A DNA stretch of 63,736 bases, the filler included, from Phoronis australis (lineage: Eukaryota; Animalia; Phoronida): the NCBI GenBank assembly GCA_002633005.1. It is 10 parts of 10 records of this genome, joined end to end, with 100 filler letters (N's around TTAATTAATTAA, not from the genome) between each part and the next. Parts side by side here need not be neighbours in the genome. Positions count along the whole stretch, not along the records: positions 6,075 to 28,450 come from NMRA01000488.1; 9 more parts are not named here. One strand, given 5' to 3'. The notes under the pieces are model-generated. The model ran no database searches, was not told the origin of the DNA, and saw only the letters and a program-made list of their open reading frames with translations. The position numbers and the translations under genes were made by a program. Below are positions 12,222 through 22,905 of the stretch, in pieces (positions within the stretch are counted from its first letter, which is position 1; every line of letters begins with the position of its first letter).

Positions 12222-14012
12222 TCACATGTAATCTCTTATGACACGTTTCATGGCGTCCTCATCTTTAGTGTGTACGGCATTTGTTAATTGCTGGAACAAG
12301 CTGTGGCGCGAAATATTGGTGGCTTCTGTTTCACTCAGTTCCATTATCGTCTGCTTAGCCAACTGTCTAAATTGCTCGTCTGCTTTCAGAGCGTGATCGT
12401 GGCTACAGATGATATCATAATTGCTCAGAAATCTTTCGAGTGCTTTCTCATTGTTTGCCCTTGCTATCAATGATAATGCGTTTCTCAGATTATCGTGTTT
12501 GCTTCTATTCGTGGAAGGAACGTCAGGTAAAAACTTTAATCTTTTCTTCAAAGGTCGACGCAGAGCGTACCAAGCAGCTAAGCAAATTGCAATGCCTATG
12601 ACTAAGCCAACAAGGAAACCCCAATATCCGGTCTCCTTTCCTACAATGTGCATCAGTTGAGTTGTTTTGTTTTTTAGTGTGTCGTTACGTAGTAGTTCGT
12701 GGACTGTAGTTTTTGTGTCGTTACGTACATGTAGTAGTTCGTGGACTGTAGTTTTAACAGTAACACGAGATGAAATGGGTGTTTGCGTAGGAGTACTGTC
12801 ATATATTTCTATGCGACTGATCATTTTTTCTTGAATTATTTGAGGAGGATAAGCTTTGTTCAAGATGCCATCTCCAAACATTACCTCTGCACGGTCTAGT
12901 TTTAGAATGAAGTATTCACGAGGCTCATGTAGCGCATCAGTTAATATTTTAACGGTTATTTCCTTTCTTCTCTCGTCTTCTTTAAATGTCACTTTCGTGT
13001 CGTTGAACTTGTAGTCACTGTTTAAGGTGGCACTTCCATTGAGAAGTCGAAGATATATGGTGACTACTCCAAGAACACCCCCTTCTCTTGTGATATTGAC
13101 AGACGCTTCTCCACTATCTTCTGTCACTTCGACGTTTCGAGTTGTCAAAGCAAAGGAACCAGCCGGATGGTCATTACCCAAAATAAAGATAAAGCTATTA
13201 ATTTCTCCGTCCTCTTCTCGTGCAAGTCTGGGCAATATTTCTTTTCTTGTCCCTATGCGAGGATCTTTATAAGACAGTGAACAGGAAATTAAAACAACTT
13301 TAACATATTCAGTGTTTTCGTGAAGTCGGTCGGACTTCGCACGTATCCTAACTATTTTTGTAAACTCGTGCGGTTCGAACGTTACCACGCCACCATTGGT
13401 CCAGTAATTCATGCCGTCGGCTTGGCTTATAACTGAACTTTTAGTTGATCCTTGCTGATCAAATACCTTATAGCTGACATTCACCGCGCCCCTACCACCA
13501 CCACCACGATCAATCGTTACTTTCCCCGTGCTTCGTAAGCCTTCGTCAATGTAGACTCGTCTGGGTGATATGCGGAACACTCCGTATGGGTCGTCATTTG
13601 CCAGTATGGTGAAAGTCATTTTATCCAGCACAGCTGTAGAAGGTGGATGTCCACCATAAAGCAGTATCTCAAAGCTCTCATTGCGTTCTGGCTCTTTGTC
13701 GTTGAAGACTTCCAAATAAAACACAATCTCATTTTGGCTGGGAGAGAACGCTATTTGTCCTATATGTTCTTTCATGTCAAAGTGCGGGTAATCATTTGAA
13801 TCAATCTCGCCGTAAACTTTCCAAGTTAAAAATTCAAGCTGTCTAGTAGAAGTACCGAATCTAAACACTGCTATAGGCACAAGTTTTGGTCCGTTTTCGT
13901 CTACAATCAAGTCTCTTGATCTGTCAGCAAAACGATAGATGCGATGTATTTGGCAGGTAGTACACCTGAACTCCGACAAGATAAGCCAAATTACAATACG
14001 ACAGTTAGTCAT
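12222..14012 (-). CDS. Intronless type I membrane protein with three Calx-beta domains (ADGRV1/VLGR1-like repeats), Thr-rich stalk, one TM helix and a ~110-aa cytoplasmic tail
   Basis: Uninterrupted 596-aa ORF from the ATG at 14012 (the track start is a TTG). Signal-like N-terminus MTNCRIVIWLILSEF. Calx-beta signatures TILANDDPYGVF, VTIDRGGGGRGAVNVSY, ILGNDHPAGSF, VNITREGGVLGVVTI and VTFKEDERRKEITVKILTDALHEPREYFILKL. TM GYWGFLVGLVIGIAICLAAWYAL followed by basic RRPLKKR. Confidence 0.85.
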   Translation of the reverse strand: MTNCRIVIWLILSEFRCTTCQIHRIYRFADRSRDLIVDENGPKLVPIAVFRFGTSTRQLEFLTWKVYGEIDSNDYPHFDMKEHIGQIAFSPSQNEIVFYLEVFNDKEPERNESFEILLYGGHPPSTAVLDKMTFTILANDDPYGVFRISPRRVYIDEGLRSTGKVTIDRGGGGRGAVNVSYKVFDQQGSTKSSVISQADGMNYWTNGGVVTFEPHEFTKIVRIRAKSDRLHENTEYVKVVLISCSLSYKDPRIGTRKEILPRLAREEDGEINSFIFILGNDHPAGSFALTTRNVEVTEDSGEASVNITREGGVLGVVTIYLRLLNGSATLNSDYKFNDTKVTFKEDERRKEITVKILTDALHEPREYFILKLDRAEVMFGDGILNKAYPPQIIQEKMISRIEIYDSTPTQTPISSRVTVKTTVHELLHVRNDTKTTVHELLRNDTLKNKTTQLMHIVGKETGYWGFLVGLVIGIAICLAAWYALRRPLKKRLKFLPDVPSTNRSKHDNLRNALSLIARANNEKALERFLSNYDIICSHDHALKADEQFRQLAKQTIMELSETEATNISRHSLFQQLTNAVHTKDEDAMKRVIRDYM

Positions 14013-14460
14013 TGTAATTACGAGATTGGCTGAAGCATCCGCACATTCGAGCAAAAAGCGTCCATTAACTTTTCTCCCAATACAGCTGTCGCGATCAATG
14101 CTGCATCATGTCATTCTACGACATGAAAGCTGCCTTACGTTCAATAAGGAATGCACTTCGCGAGATTGTACAGCATGTATACCGAACGACGAGCTCGCGG
14201 AACGCGCTTTCATTACAAGCCCTTATCTCAAGCTGCATTTCCAACAATACCAAGTTTGAGGACAAGTAAGGATTTTCTTTTAGTATCTATATTTGTATTG
14301 AGATTTTAGAAATTGTATTTTTAGATGTTTAAAGATATTGTTTCCTTTACTTTCACCTAATTGTAACACAAAAAGAGTTTTGCTAGTCGAAAGAGTAGGG
14401 AGTTGTCAAAGAAGACAATAAAGCCAAATATTTGAAATTAATCGAGATGACCTGGAAAAT

Positions 14461-14849
14461 AATTTTATCTCATAGGCGTTGAATCTGTCGAGTGCAATAC
14501 GGTCATGTAATGTTTTCCGTATTCACCTCCCGCACTACTTCAACAGTGACTTCTGACATGGAAAGTTCAAAAGGTAGGTCAGTCTCGACTCGACGTCGTT
14601 AGCCGGTTCTACCATCAAACTTTTCGAAAATAATGCAACTGCAGCACTGTAAATAACATTCAACATACAATCAGGTCTCAATCGTAATATCTGGAACAAA
14701 ACTGTTAATTATATGACTATTCTGTCTCAATTTTCAATTGTTAAATATTATATCGTCTGCAACTCAGGCGCCGATTCCGCAGGAACAACAATATCATATG
14801 TTGCTATTATTTTCAAAAGATGTAACAAGTCCAATGCAAAGTTACTGCT
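14461..14849 (+). repeat. Dispersed repeat, left part; continues at 18368-18470 after the Penelope insertion. Uninterrupted homologue at 25656-26140
   Basis: Colinear with 25656-26030; the sequence after 18367 matches 26030-26140. Confidence 0.75.
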
Positions 14850-14941
14850 GACTTTCTAAAACCGCTCTGAGGTGGTGGCGTGTTGCAACTATTATTAAAC
14901 TCTCTTGGTCTATTTACACCAACCTCTTGTCTATTTACAAT

Positions 14942-14975
14942 GTCACGACGTTTCGGTCGGTCATCGTCAGGTGTT
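14942..14975 (-). ncRNA. Minimal type I hammerhead ribozyme-like motif in the Penelope pLTR
   Basis: Minus strand reads ACAC-CTGACGA-TGACCGACC-GAAAC-GTC-GTGAC: CUGANGA and GAAAC core boxes, a GUC cleavage triplet and a short CAC/GTG stem I. Stem II pairs poorly. Confidence 0.6.
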
Positions 14976-15032
14976 CCCGCGTTCATAGAAGAACGAACAC
15001 GGATATGTGGTACACTCATGGTGTAATTTTTT

Positions 15033-15115
15033 TGTCCGAGGCAGGATTTGAAGCCACGACTTCTGAAACTACAGAAAATTCGAGTCCAGCACCTTAACCA
15101 CTACACCATGGAGTC
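15033..15115 (-). repeat. tRNA-Ser-like pseudogene or SINE head
   Basis: Minus strand GACTCCATGGTGTAGTGGTTAAGGTGCTGGACTCGAA...GGCTTCAAATCCTGCCTCGGAC followed by an A-run; A and B boxes present, acceptor stem mismatched. Confidence 0.5.
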
Positions 15116-15410
15116 ATCCATTTACTTAGAGAGAATTTTATTATACTTAAACCTTCCTAAGTACACTGATCCAGGTGTCACTTGGTTGTTTGCTTGGCTG
15201 ACTGAAGACATTGCTTTGAATTTTGATGTACATGGCTTCCTTGATCTTTCTCTTGGTCCAACCTGTTTCACTGCCAAGTATTCGGATGTTACTCCACTGG
15301 ATATTGTGTTGTTTCGACCACACGTGTTCTCATTCTGCTACTCCTGATGATGTATTACACTCTCTACAACACCTCTTATGTTCAGCAATTCTCGTCTCCA
15401 GTGGTCTTAA

Positions 15411-16373
15411 AGTGTACCCAACATGACTCTAGTACCTCAAAATAAATTTTATTATTATATCTTACTTGATTTCAGTGCCTTTAGTGCACAGCTCATAAAG
15501 AAACACGTAAAAATTGAAAAAAATAATAATTATGTACAACGTCACGAGTTGAACCCAAGTCGTTCGGCACACTGTTCGGATCAGCAACTAAGTGTATAGA
15601 GTGAAGTGAAAGTAAAGTATATTTAGCGTCGAGAAGGTTCGTAGAGGGATGAAAAGATGTGTTTGCGGATGCTGCAGCAACAGCAGTCAGACGGAGAACG
15701 TCTCGGTGTTCCCGGGACGCCAAAGTTGCGCAGTAGTGGCATCGCTTCGTGCGCCAAACGAGAGTGTGGGACCTCGACGTGGACCAAGCGATTCTGTCCG
15801 GGGCCACTCTGTGTTCTGCCCACTTTGAGGAGTCGTGTTTCGACTCCAATCAGAGGAGATGTTACGATGAAGGCCTGGTTCAATAAAGGACAATATTTAC
15901 TATTCAGAAACATCGGCTCTTTATTCAGGATCGTCTGTTGGATGACTGGGTTGACTGGCCGAGCCCGAGGCCGCTTCTCTCGCGGGAGGATCCAGTTCGT
16001 AAGGCCTCAAAGTAGAAAAGTACGCAGCTGAAAACATATCAAACTCGTTCTCGCTTTCGTGCAACCCCATTTCGTCATCCTGGCCACCATTATCGTACGT
16101 TTCTTCATAGTATTTGTTCATTTCTTGCTCATAATCGTTGTCGCTTTCAAATTCCCTACTCTCCGCCGTTGTTCAATGCTAGTCGCTGATCTCTTGTGTT
16201 CAACCCATGATGTCACATGGCGGGAAATGTGAAAATTGGTAAAATTGAAAGAGAAATCAAAATTTCGAGCTAATGACACAAAATAATCATGGATTTGGCT
16301 AAATTTTACGTCATACATTTAGTCTGTGGCCACCGGTAATTCGAAATGTGCAAAAATCCATGGTGTGTACTGT
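15411..16373. mobile_element. Non-autonomous Kolobok-like element with a THAP remnant (+) and a KolX-like N-terminus (-)
   Basis: TTAA TSD at 15407-15410 and 16374-16377. Imperfect TIRs AGTGTACCCAACATG / CATGGTGTGTACTGT. Plus strand MKRCVCGCCSN...WHRFVRQTR...LCSAHFEESCF is a frameshifted THAP; minus strand carries an acidic stretch then LRPYELDP. Confidence 0.7.
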
Positions 16374-17111
16374 TTAATGTTTCACCGATATATGATTCAC
16401 CACATTCACATTAGGATTTAGATCGAGTAGTTCTACTCGATAAAGGCACGTAAGGTTGCGTTACCTGACACCTCGCGGAAGACGGAAGTGTTGAAATTAT
16501 CCAATGACGTCATTGGTTTCACACGCAGTCTGTTCAGCAGTTCACAACACGGGTTACTGGTGTCAACTTATCGCTTGAATTCATCGTTTAACAGCAATAT
16601 ATCATCAAACTTCGATGTAAATCCCTTAAAAATACACCGCGTTCTTATGAAAACGTGTTGTTTTATTTCGCTGTTACGGATTTATTGGTATTTGGACACA
16701 CGCCTAAAAAGTTCAGCAGGCCAATTTACCAAGGTCCGTAGCAGGAGTGTGGGGTCTGTTCGGAGATAAATTCGAACTATTCTTCCGTGAAATACAGACA
16801 GGAGAACCTAGATCTGTGTCGTTTAGACTTGTGATTTTTTTAGTTCTAAACGCTTGTAATTCCGGCCAGGGGCTCGGAACCCGATCAGGCCCGTCGCGGT
16901 CTCACTGACTCGTTATCAGTCCCAGACAGTGGCTCGGAACCCGATTAGGCCCGTCGCGGCTTTCATTCTTCACTACAGCAAGCCACTTGCTAAACATTTT
17001 GGACTCTCAAGGAAGTCGAAAACACGATATACCCGCTTTCCTCGCAGCTGCATAGTTCGAACAAGCGGGAACGATGCACCGCAACATATCGGCATTCACT
17101 ATGCAAATGAA

Positions 17112-17259
17112 CCACTGACGTCGCTGCGTCGTTTCTTACCTTCCTCACAGGTTAACGCGACACCTCTCGGCAAGGTAAGGTCGACCGTATGCAAGGCGAT
17201 GTGGATATAGGCCGATTAAGACGGTAAAAAGACTAATTAAATCAGGTGACATTCTCCTT
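17112..17259 (+). repeat. Right end of a TTAA-targeting (Kolobok-like) element; second copy at 29278-29424
   Basis: Near-identical to 29278-29424; both end ...CATTCTCCT(T) followed by TTAA. Confidence 0.65.
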
Positions 17260-19568
17260 TTAATTCTTTACATATACGTCCTAGCTTCTCGGTTATTCCG
17301 GGTATACACGGTAAGCACATAATCTGCAGTGGGCGTTCTTCTGCCACTTTCTCTTTTCTCTGCGATGTTAAAGCCGACATGATAAAATCCCTTGGGTAGC
17401 CATTTCTTTCGAATGTCTCCGTCAGGTTGGTCATTTCTGCTTACAGTGCTGTGTCACTGTAGATTTCTTTTGATCTTGATGCAAGGCATTTGATTATACC
17501 CTTCTTGACTTTGGTGTGGTTGGATTTGAAGTCGAGGTATCGTCCTGTGTGGGTCTTCTTATTGTAGACTGCCGTTGTTAACTGTCCTTCAGCACGAGTC
17601 ACTGGTCCGTCTAGGAATGGGAGACTGCTACTTGTCTCTTCTTCCATTGTGAATCTAATAGTAGGCGCTATGCTGTTCAGATGGTCAAGGAACTCTGATG
17701 GAGTCTTGGCTGAATATTGTGAATGTGTCATCAGAATGTGTCATCAACGTATCGTTGCCACATCTTCGGGGTCTGTTAGGTGAGCTGAGAGCTATTTGTT
17801 CGAATCACTTCGTGTACAAGTTAGCTAAGACTGGTGATAGTGGTGCCATTCCTTGTGTCTGCTCGTAGTACTTGCCTTGGTACTGGAAGTAGGTGGTATT
17901 GACACAGAATGTCACTAATTCCAGAATGGAACCAATAGGGAGGTTAACATCATCTGATGGCTTGTGGTCATGTTCTAATTTTGACCTGAGTAATGGGAGA
18001 GCCTCTGGTGTTGGTACACTTGTAAATAGGCTATCGACATCAAAGCTCACCATATGGTGTCATTTGGTGTATTGCTGACTGATGACAACATTGACACGAA
18101 GTGCTTCGAGTCCTTTACGTACGAGTCAGTTTTCCCAGCTAGTGGGATATGATGTTGTTGAGGAATCTAGCCAGTTGGTGGCAGGGAGAACCATTGATGC
18201 TTATATTTGGTCTCATTGGCATATCAGGTTTGTGTATCTTAGGTTTACCATACATGTGCGGGGCTTTTGTGTTGTTTGGGTTGATTCTCTGGAGTGTGTC
18301 GCGTGGTAATGAGCCTTCTACAGTTTTTCAGGAGGGAGATTTTAATAATAGTTTTACATTTACTGCTATTTTCATCTTTGTTGTTGGTTTCCAAGTAATA
18401 AACCGTTACATTTAAAACTGTTTCTTTTACTAGAGAAAACTTGGAAACTAACCCGCAAGTGCACACATACACAAAACGTACCGAGAGTGACGTTGATGAC
18501 GTAATATCCCACGAGACATTATAATGTCAATATCAGCAAACAGAATTTCTGCGAAGCAGTCATCATCTCCCGAGATACAAAATTCTACAAGGAAATGGCG
18601 CGTGTGCGTGTCAAGAGCCTGCTGTTTTCAAAACGACGTTTGACTTTTCTTTGTTACAAAAGGCGAAGAATTATTCAAGAAAATGACGTTTATTAGGTTT
18701 TTTCTCTTTAACATCTGTGGCGGGCAAGGTGAGTGTCGGTTCACACCCAGATTTTGCATGAACCCCTGGCGGTTTGTAGCTTTATGTAGCCAGCCAGCTA
18801 GCTGTATGAAGACTATCGTCAAAATACAGCTAGATACCACTTTATGATTCTCTTCCATGGACCCCGAAATTGCGCACACCCAGGGTAGTTCTGCTCGTCA
18901 ACTCGTCGTGAAACCTGTATCAACATGTGGAGCTAAAGACCGGACTGGGTGCATGCAAAATTTGGGAATCAACCGACTCTCATCTTGCTTGTTTCAACCG
19001 TTTAAGTGAAAAACAATGCAACAAACGTCATTTTTTTAAAGTCATTCTCGACCTTTTGTAACAATGAACACGTCATTTCCCAAATTTTTGCGAAAACTTC
19101 GCAGCAGCAAAATTCGTTTTGAAATTCGTTTTTTCGGGATAGAAATTCTAAAAACTTATAATGAACCAGTTCCAAATAATTTGTTGCAACGTGTACGCAA
19201 CTTCGTGAAAGAACAACAGTCGATTGAAGAATCGGCGTAAAAAGAAACTGTCCAATAGGTGACGCAATATTTCGTGGCGCCGAAAGCCGAGGCAGAAGTT
19301 CGCTCCACAACTTTAGCAGCAGAATAACGGTAGAACGCCACTTTTTCCAACACCATTAAATAATCTTCTTGACTCGAGGAAGACTTTAGTTTTTAATGAC
19401 ACTAACTTTGTATCAGATTTTATCTTGCCACTTTTTTACCCACATCGGTACAAAGCTGTATATTTAGTATACAGCTTTGTACCAAGACTACTCTATATGT
19501 TGACATAACTTTCCCGACGAGCTGACGAGCAGAAATACCTGGGCTGTGTGAAATTTCGGGGTCTAACG

Positions 19569-19798
19569 CATGCGCGCACCCGGGGGGGGGGGGGCTCAGG
19601 GGCTCGAACGAGCCCCCAATTTGGCGAAGTGGACCAAAAGGTCCGCCTCTGAGAGACGAGAGGTCCAAGAAAATGAGGCAAAAGAGTCCACTAAACAAGC
19701 ACAAACGCACAATTCACGGTGGTGCTGCCGTTTTTTTTAGTCCGCCTGCTTTTTTGTTACCAAATGGTCCCCCATATTGAAGGCTGGGTGCGCGCATG
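19569..19798. mobile_element. MITE with 5-bp TSD (hAT5-like)
   Basis: TIR CATGCGCGCACCC / GGGTGCGCGCATG; TSD TAACG on both sides. Confidence 0.75.
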
Positions 19799-20079
19799 TA
19801 ACGGAGCTCAATGTGCACTGTTTAAGATGTGAATGTCAGAAACCAACCTTTATACTTTCAAATGCTGAATCATGTACTTCAGGTCTCTTTTAAGGAGAGT
19901 TACAATTTTATTCCGAAAAAAGAATAAGGCGAAACCTATTTCATAACTGTAAGAGGCCTAACTCAGAAGATGGTACCGGCAGATGGCGCGGGTTTAGTGT
20001 ACCTCTAATAACCGCGTACTAGACACTACTAGCTTTAACTTTGAGTTTCAAACCTACATGCACACACAGTTCTTACGAT

Positions 20080-20265
20080 CTAGTCATCTCGCTTCTTAGC
20101 GTACACTATATTCTTCTTTTTTAAGTACGATTGAATGTAAAAGTTTGAGAACAACATGATGAGCACCACGCAGTAACCGGACAACAGGTGGGAGGCCCAC
20201 AGGGGGAAGTCGCAGCCCGATAGATAGGTGTTGAACGAGTGGCAAAATATTAATACGAACTGCAC
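20080..20265 (-). CDS. ELOVL4: ELOVL4-like elongase, coding exon 6 (terminal)
   Basis: ttacag acceptor; VQFVLIFCHS...GCDFPLW...LFSNFYIQSY...AKKRDD*, a basic ER-retrieval-like tail. Confidence 0.9.
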   Translation of the reverse strand: MQFVLIFCHSFNTYLSGCDFPLWASHLLSGYCVVLIMLFSNFYIQSYLKKKNIVYAKKRDD

Positions 20266-21267
20266 CTGTAACAAAGATAACAAAAAGAAGATTTAGTCGG
20301 TGATCGGTAAACTTTGCAACAAATCATCCAACATCAATTTCGAATACATGTACAGCATTGGGAAAATACGGAAATTTGAGAATGTGACATAGGTTTGCAG
20401 CTCCCGGTGTGGGAGCACGGCTTCAGTCTGAGTTAAGACACTTGCAATATTGCGTGAATGCACAATGTGTTTAAGTAATACCAATGAAATGGTGAACAAA
20501 ATTTTCGAATGCCTGATCCCCGCGGATCCCAGTTGAATCCGTGGAATTTCAACGACACCCCAGACATAGAACCCATGAATGACTTTAGGGCCACCAGTTC
20601 TCGGTATCAATTAAACCCCATGCTCATGACCACTGGTATGAGATCATACATTTATCGACTGTTTCGGGTCAACTGATATCCAAGAGACAAACGTCAAGAA
20701 CACCAATGTGCGATAACTGGTGGCGCTTTCTGATACTTCTAAAAATAGTTTGAAGATTTATCGCGGAGACGTCATTTCCCCTGGTGGACTCTGTTCCACC
20801 AAAAGGTTCGAGAACAGGACTTAGAATAAAAGAATAAAAATAAATAAAAATGGGTGAAATTAGCAGACCCGACAGGTCAAATTAATTATTCAGGTATAAG
20901 GTTTGTATTTTCTCTGCTCGGAGAGAATTATAGCGTCATTATCTCCGATGAATATCAGCTGTTAGCGATTGCTAAGGAAGTTTTGGAAGGAGCACGAATC
21001 ACTAAAGACGGAGATTGCTCAGCAGCTATTTTCATACACAAACTTGACCCCCCTTCGATCCTAAAAGCGAACCTTTGATTAATTGCTCTAAAAGGCGATT
21101 TCTGAGTTTGCAAAACAACTGATAGTTCGTTATTCCTTGAGAACGTGCTTAGAGCATAAAATAAAACGCCTTGGCAAGCCCACTTTGAGAACCTGGTCTC
21201 AAGCAAAAACAAGCTGCCAATTCTTTTGAATCTCTGATATCACCTCCAATTTAGCTGGGTCTATTCT

Positions 21268-21405
21268 CAGTGGCGGATTTCGAGGGGGGCCAAGGAGGCC
21301 ATGCCCCCCAAAACTCTCCCAGATTACATTTGACAGTTCGGGGGTGTGAATGTCCAACGGGAAAAATCCTGTCCCCCCTAACTCAAAATCCTGGATCCGC
21401 CCCTG
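21268..21405. mobile_element. MITE with 5-bp TSD (hAT5-like) in an ELOVL intron
   Basis: TIR CAGTGGCGGAT / ATCCGCCCCTG; TSD ATTCT on both sides. Related left ends lie at ~10277, ~28426 and ~58075. Confidence 0.75.
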
Positions 21406-21462
21406 ATTCTTACTATAAACTGACTCAAATGCGACTTTTACAGTCTTACGTCACATACTTAC

Positions 21463-21587
21463 CAGCTGAAGTTTTGTCAAGTACCTTTTCCACCATAGAC
21501 TCTTGCGTAGGGACGGGAAACACGACAGGAAGTAGTAAGAATACATTACCACGTGCACAACACAATTCATCCAGGGACCGGAAATGG
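21463..21587 (-). CDS. ELOVL4: ELOVL4-like elongase, coding exon 5
   Basis: ttccag...gtaagt, 125 nt, phase 1 to 0. [19 protein letters not shown]...[12 protein letters not shown] contains the NxxxHxxMYxYY and TxxQ motifs. Confidence 0.92.
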
Positions 21588-21836
21588 CTGGAAAAGCCAA
21601 AGGACATATACTTTCATCAAAGTTTCGTTATACAGGAATCATCTACAATGTGTTTTATACAAATAACAGACAGGCCTGTAGTTGCTCAGTGGACCTGTGT
21701 CAGCTGAATGGTCGCAAAAGATACAATTTCAAATAAAAATGCACTGCCTTCAAAATTAATGTCTATTTGTTTCTAACATATACAACGTCAGCAGGACAGC
21801 GTTATATAGCCTGGTCAATATTTTTGTGACACTTAC

Positions 21837-22008
21837 ATTGGCCCCCTGGAGTAAACATCATAACCCACCACCATATGTTCAACATGGACACGTGATGGAA
21901 AACGTGAAGAAACGTGACCTGACTGTTCTTCTTGCGCAGGACCATTAACACCGTGTCCATGTACTCGACAGCTTTGGAGAAGAAATACCACCACAGTACT
22001 TTAGCTAC
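21837..22008 (-). CDS. ELOVL4: ELOVL4-like elongase, coding exon 4
   Basis: tttcag...gtaagt, 172 nt. KAVEYMDT, RKKNSQVTFLHVFHH (histidine box), WWW..FTPGGQ. Confidence 0.95.
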
Positions 22009-22818
22009 CTGAAAAAGAGCGATTCTTTTGCCATGCTGAATTTCATAGAAATGAAATCTATCCCGTTTCAAAAGATCAAATCTTTATTTTAATCATGTTC
22101 AGCTCAAATAAAAACAAATGCGAACCACAAAATCGACCTCATCCTCTTGCCTTGAGAGGACTTCATTTCCATTGCCAGGGAAAATATTCGGATTATTTGC
22201 AAGCTAGAAAGTCATATGGTTAGTGGACTTCAGTGCAGTTTGTTTCTCGATTCCCACTACTGCACGATGAAACCATAGAAAAAGAATTAAGCCAGGCTTC
22301 CTTAACTTGATGATCTCATAATATTCCTTAACCTGAAAAGATTCTACTTTTCTGTGAAATCAGGTTACAGGCCATGTGAACATGCTTTCGAATTCGCAAC
22401 TTTAGGATAAGCCAATCCCAATGAACTCTGGGAATTTTTTTAAGTCGCCGGTGCTTTAGATTTTCCTTCCTATAAAGGAAATGGAATCCTATCACGCTCG
22501 TCATTTCCGCGATCCGAGTTCAATTCTCGGCTTTGCGAAGACATATAGTCTAGCCTGATACTACGGGTCTGTGTATCGTACGTGTCCAAACTTGCAGATG
22601 GTATAACATTTTGCTCTAGCTAAGCAATGCAATAGTTTCTGCTAAGTAACACGATTTTTGCGGCACAAATCGTCGTCATTATGACGACGAAGGGACGAGA
22701 GTACTAACTACACAGTTCCGCTGAGGCGTGTCAACAGAAGTCACACATTTCATTTTATAATAAATTACCCACTCCATCCCCAGATACGTTGAAGTCAATT
22801 TTAAAACAGCATACTCAC

Positions 22819-22905
22819 TCGCAATTCTTTTGGATTTTGTCTGGTCTCTGCATTATACGGATGACAGATGTAATTATACCCTGCTTCCCACGAGCTCAAA
22901 ATCAT
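22819..22905 (-). CDS. ELOVL4: ELOVL4-like elongase, coding exon 3
   Basis: gtttag...gtgagt, 87 nt, phase 0/0. MILSSWEAGYNYICHPYNAETRQNPKELR. Confidence 0.9.

Larger units (their letters stand above)
14850..18359 (-). mobile_element. Degenerate, 5'-truncated Penelope-like retroelement (RT plus GIY-YIG endonuclease), interrupted by nested DNA elements
   Basis: RT motifs MYGKPKIHK, MVSFDVDSLFTSVP, YYEQTQG..PLSPVLANLY, WQRYVDD, RFTMEEE..LPFLD and FERNGYP. GIY-YIG motifs CECGESYIGET-LRPLETRIAEHKR and RKIKEAMYI. Frameshifts and stops present. TSD TTACTGCT at 14842-14849 and 18360-18367. Confidence 0.9.
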
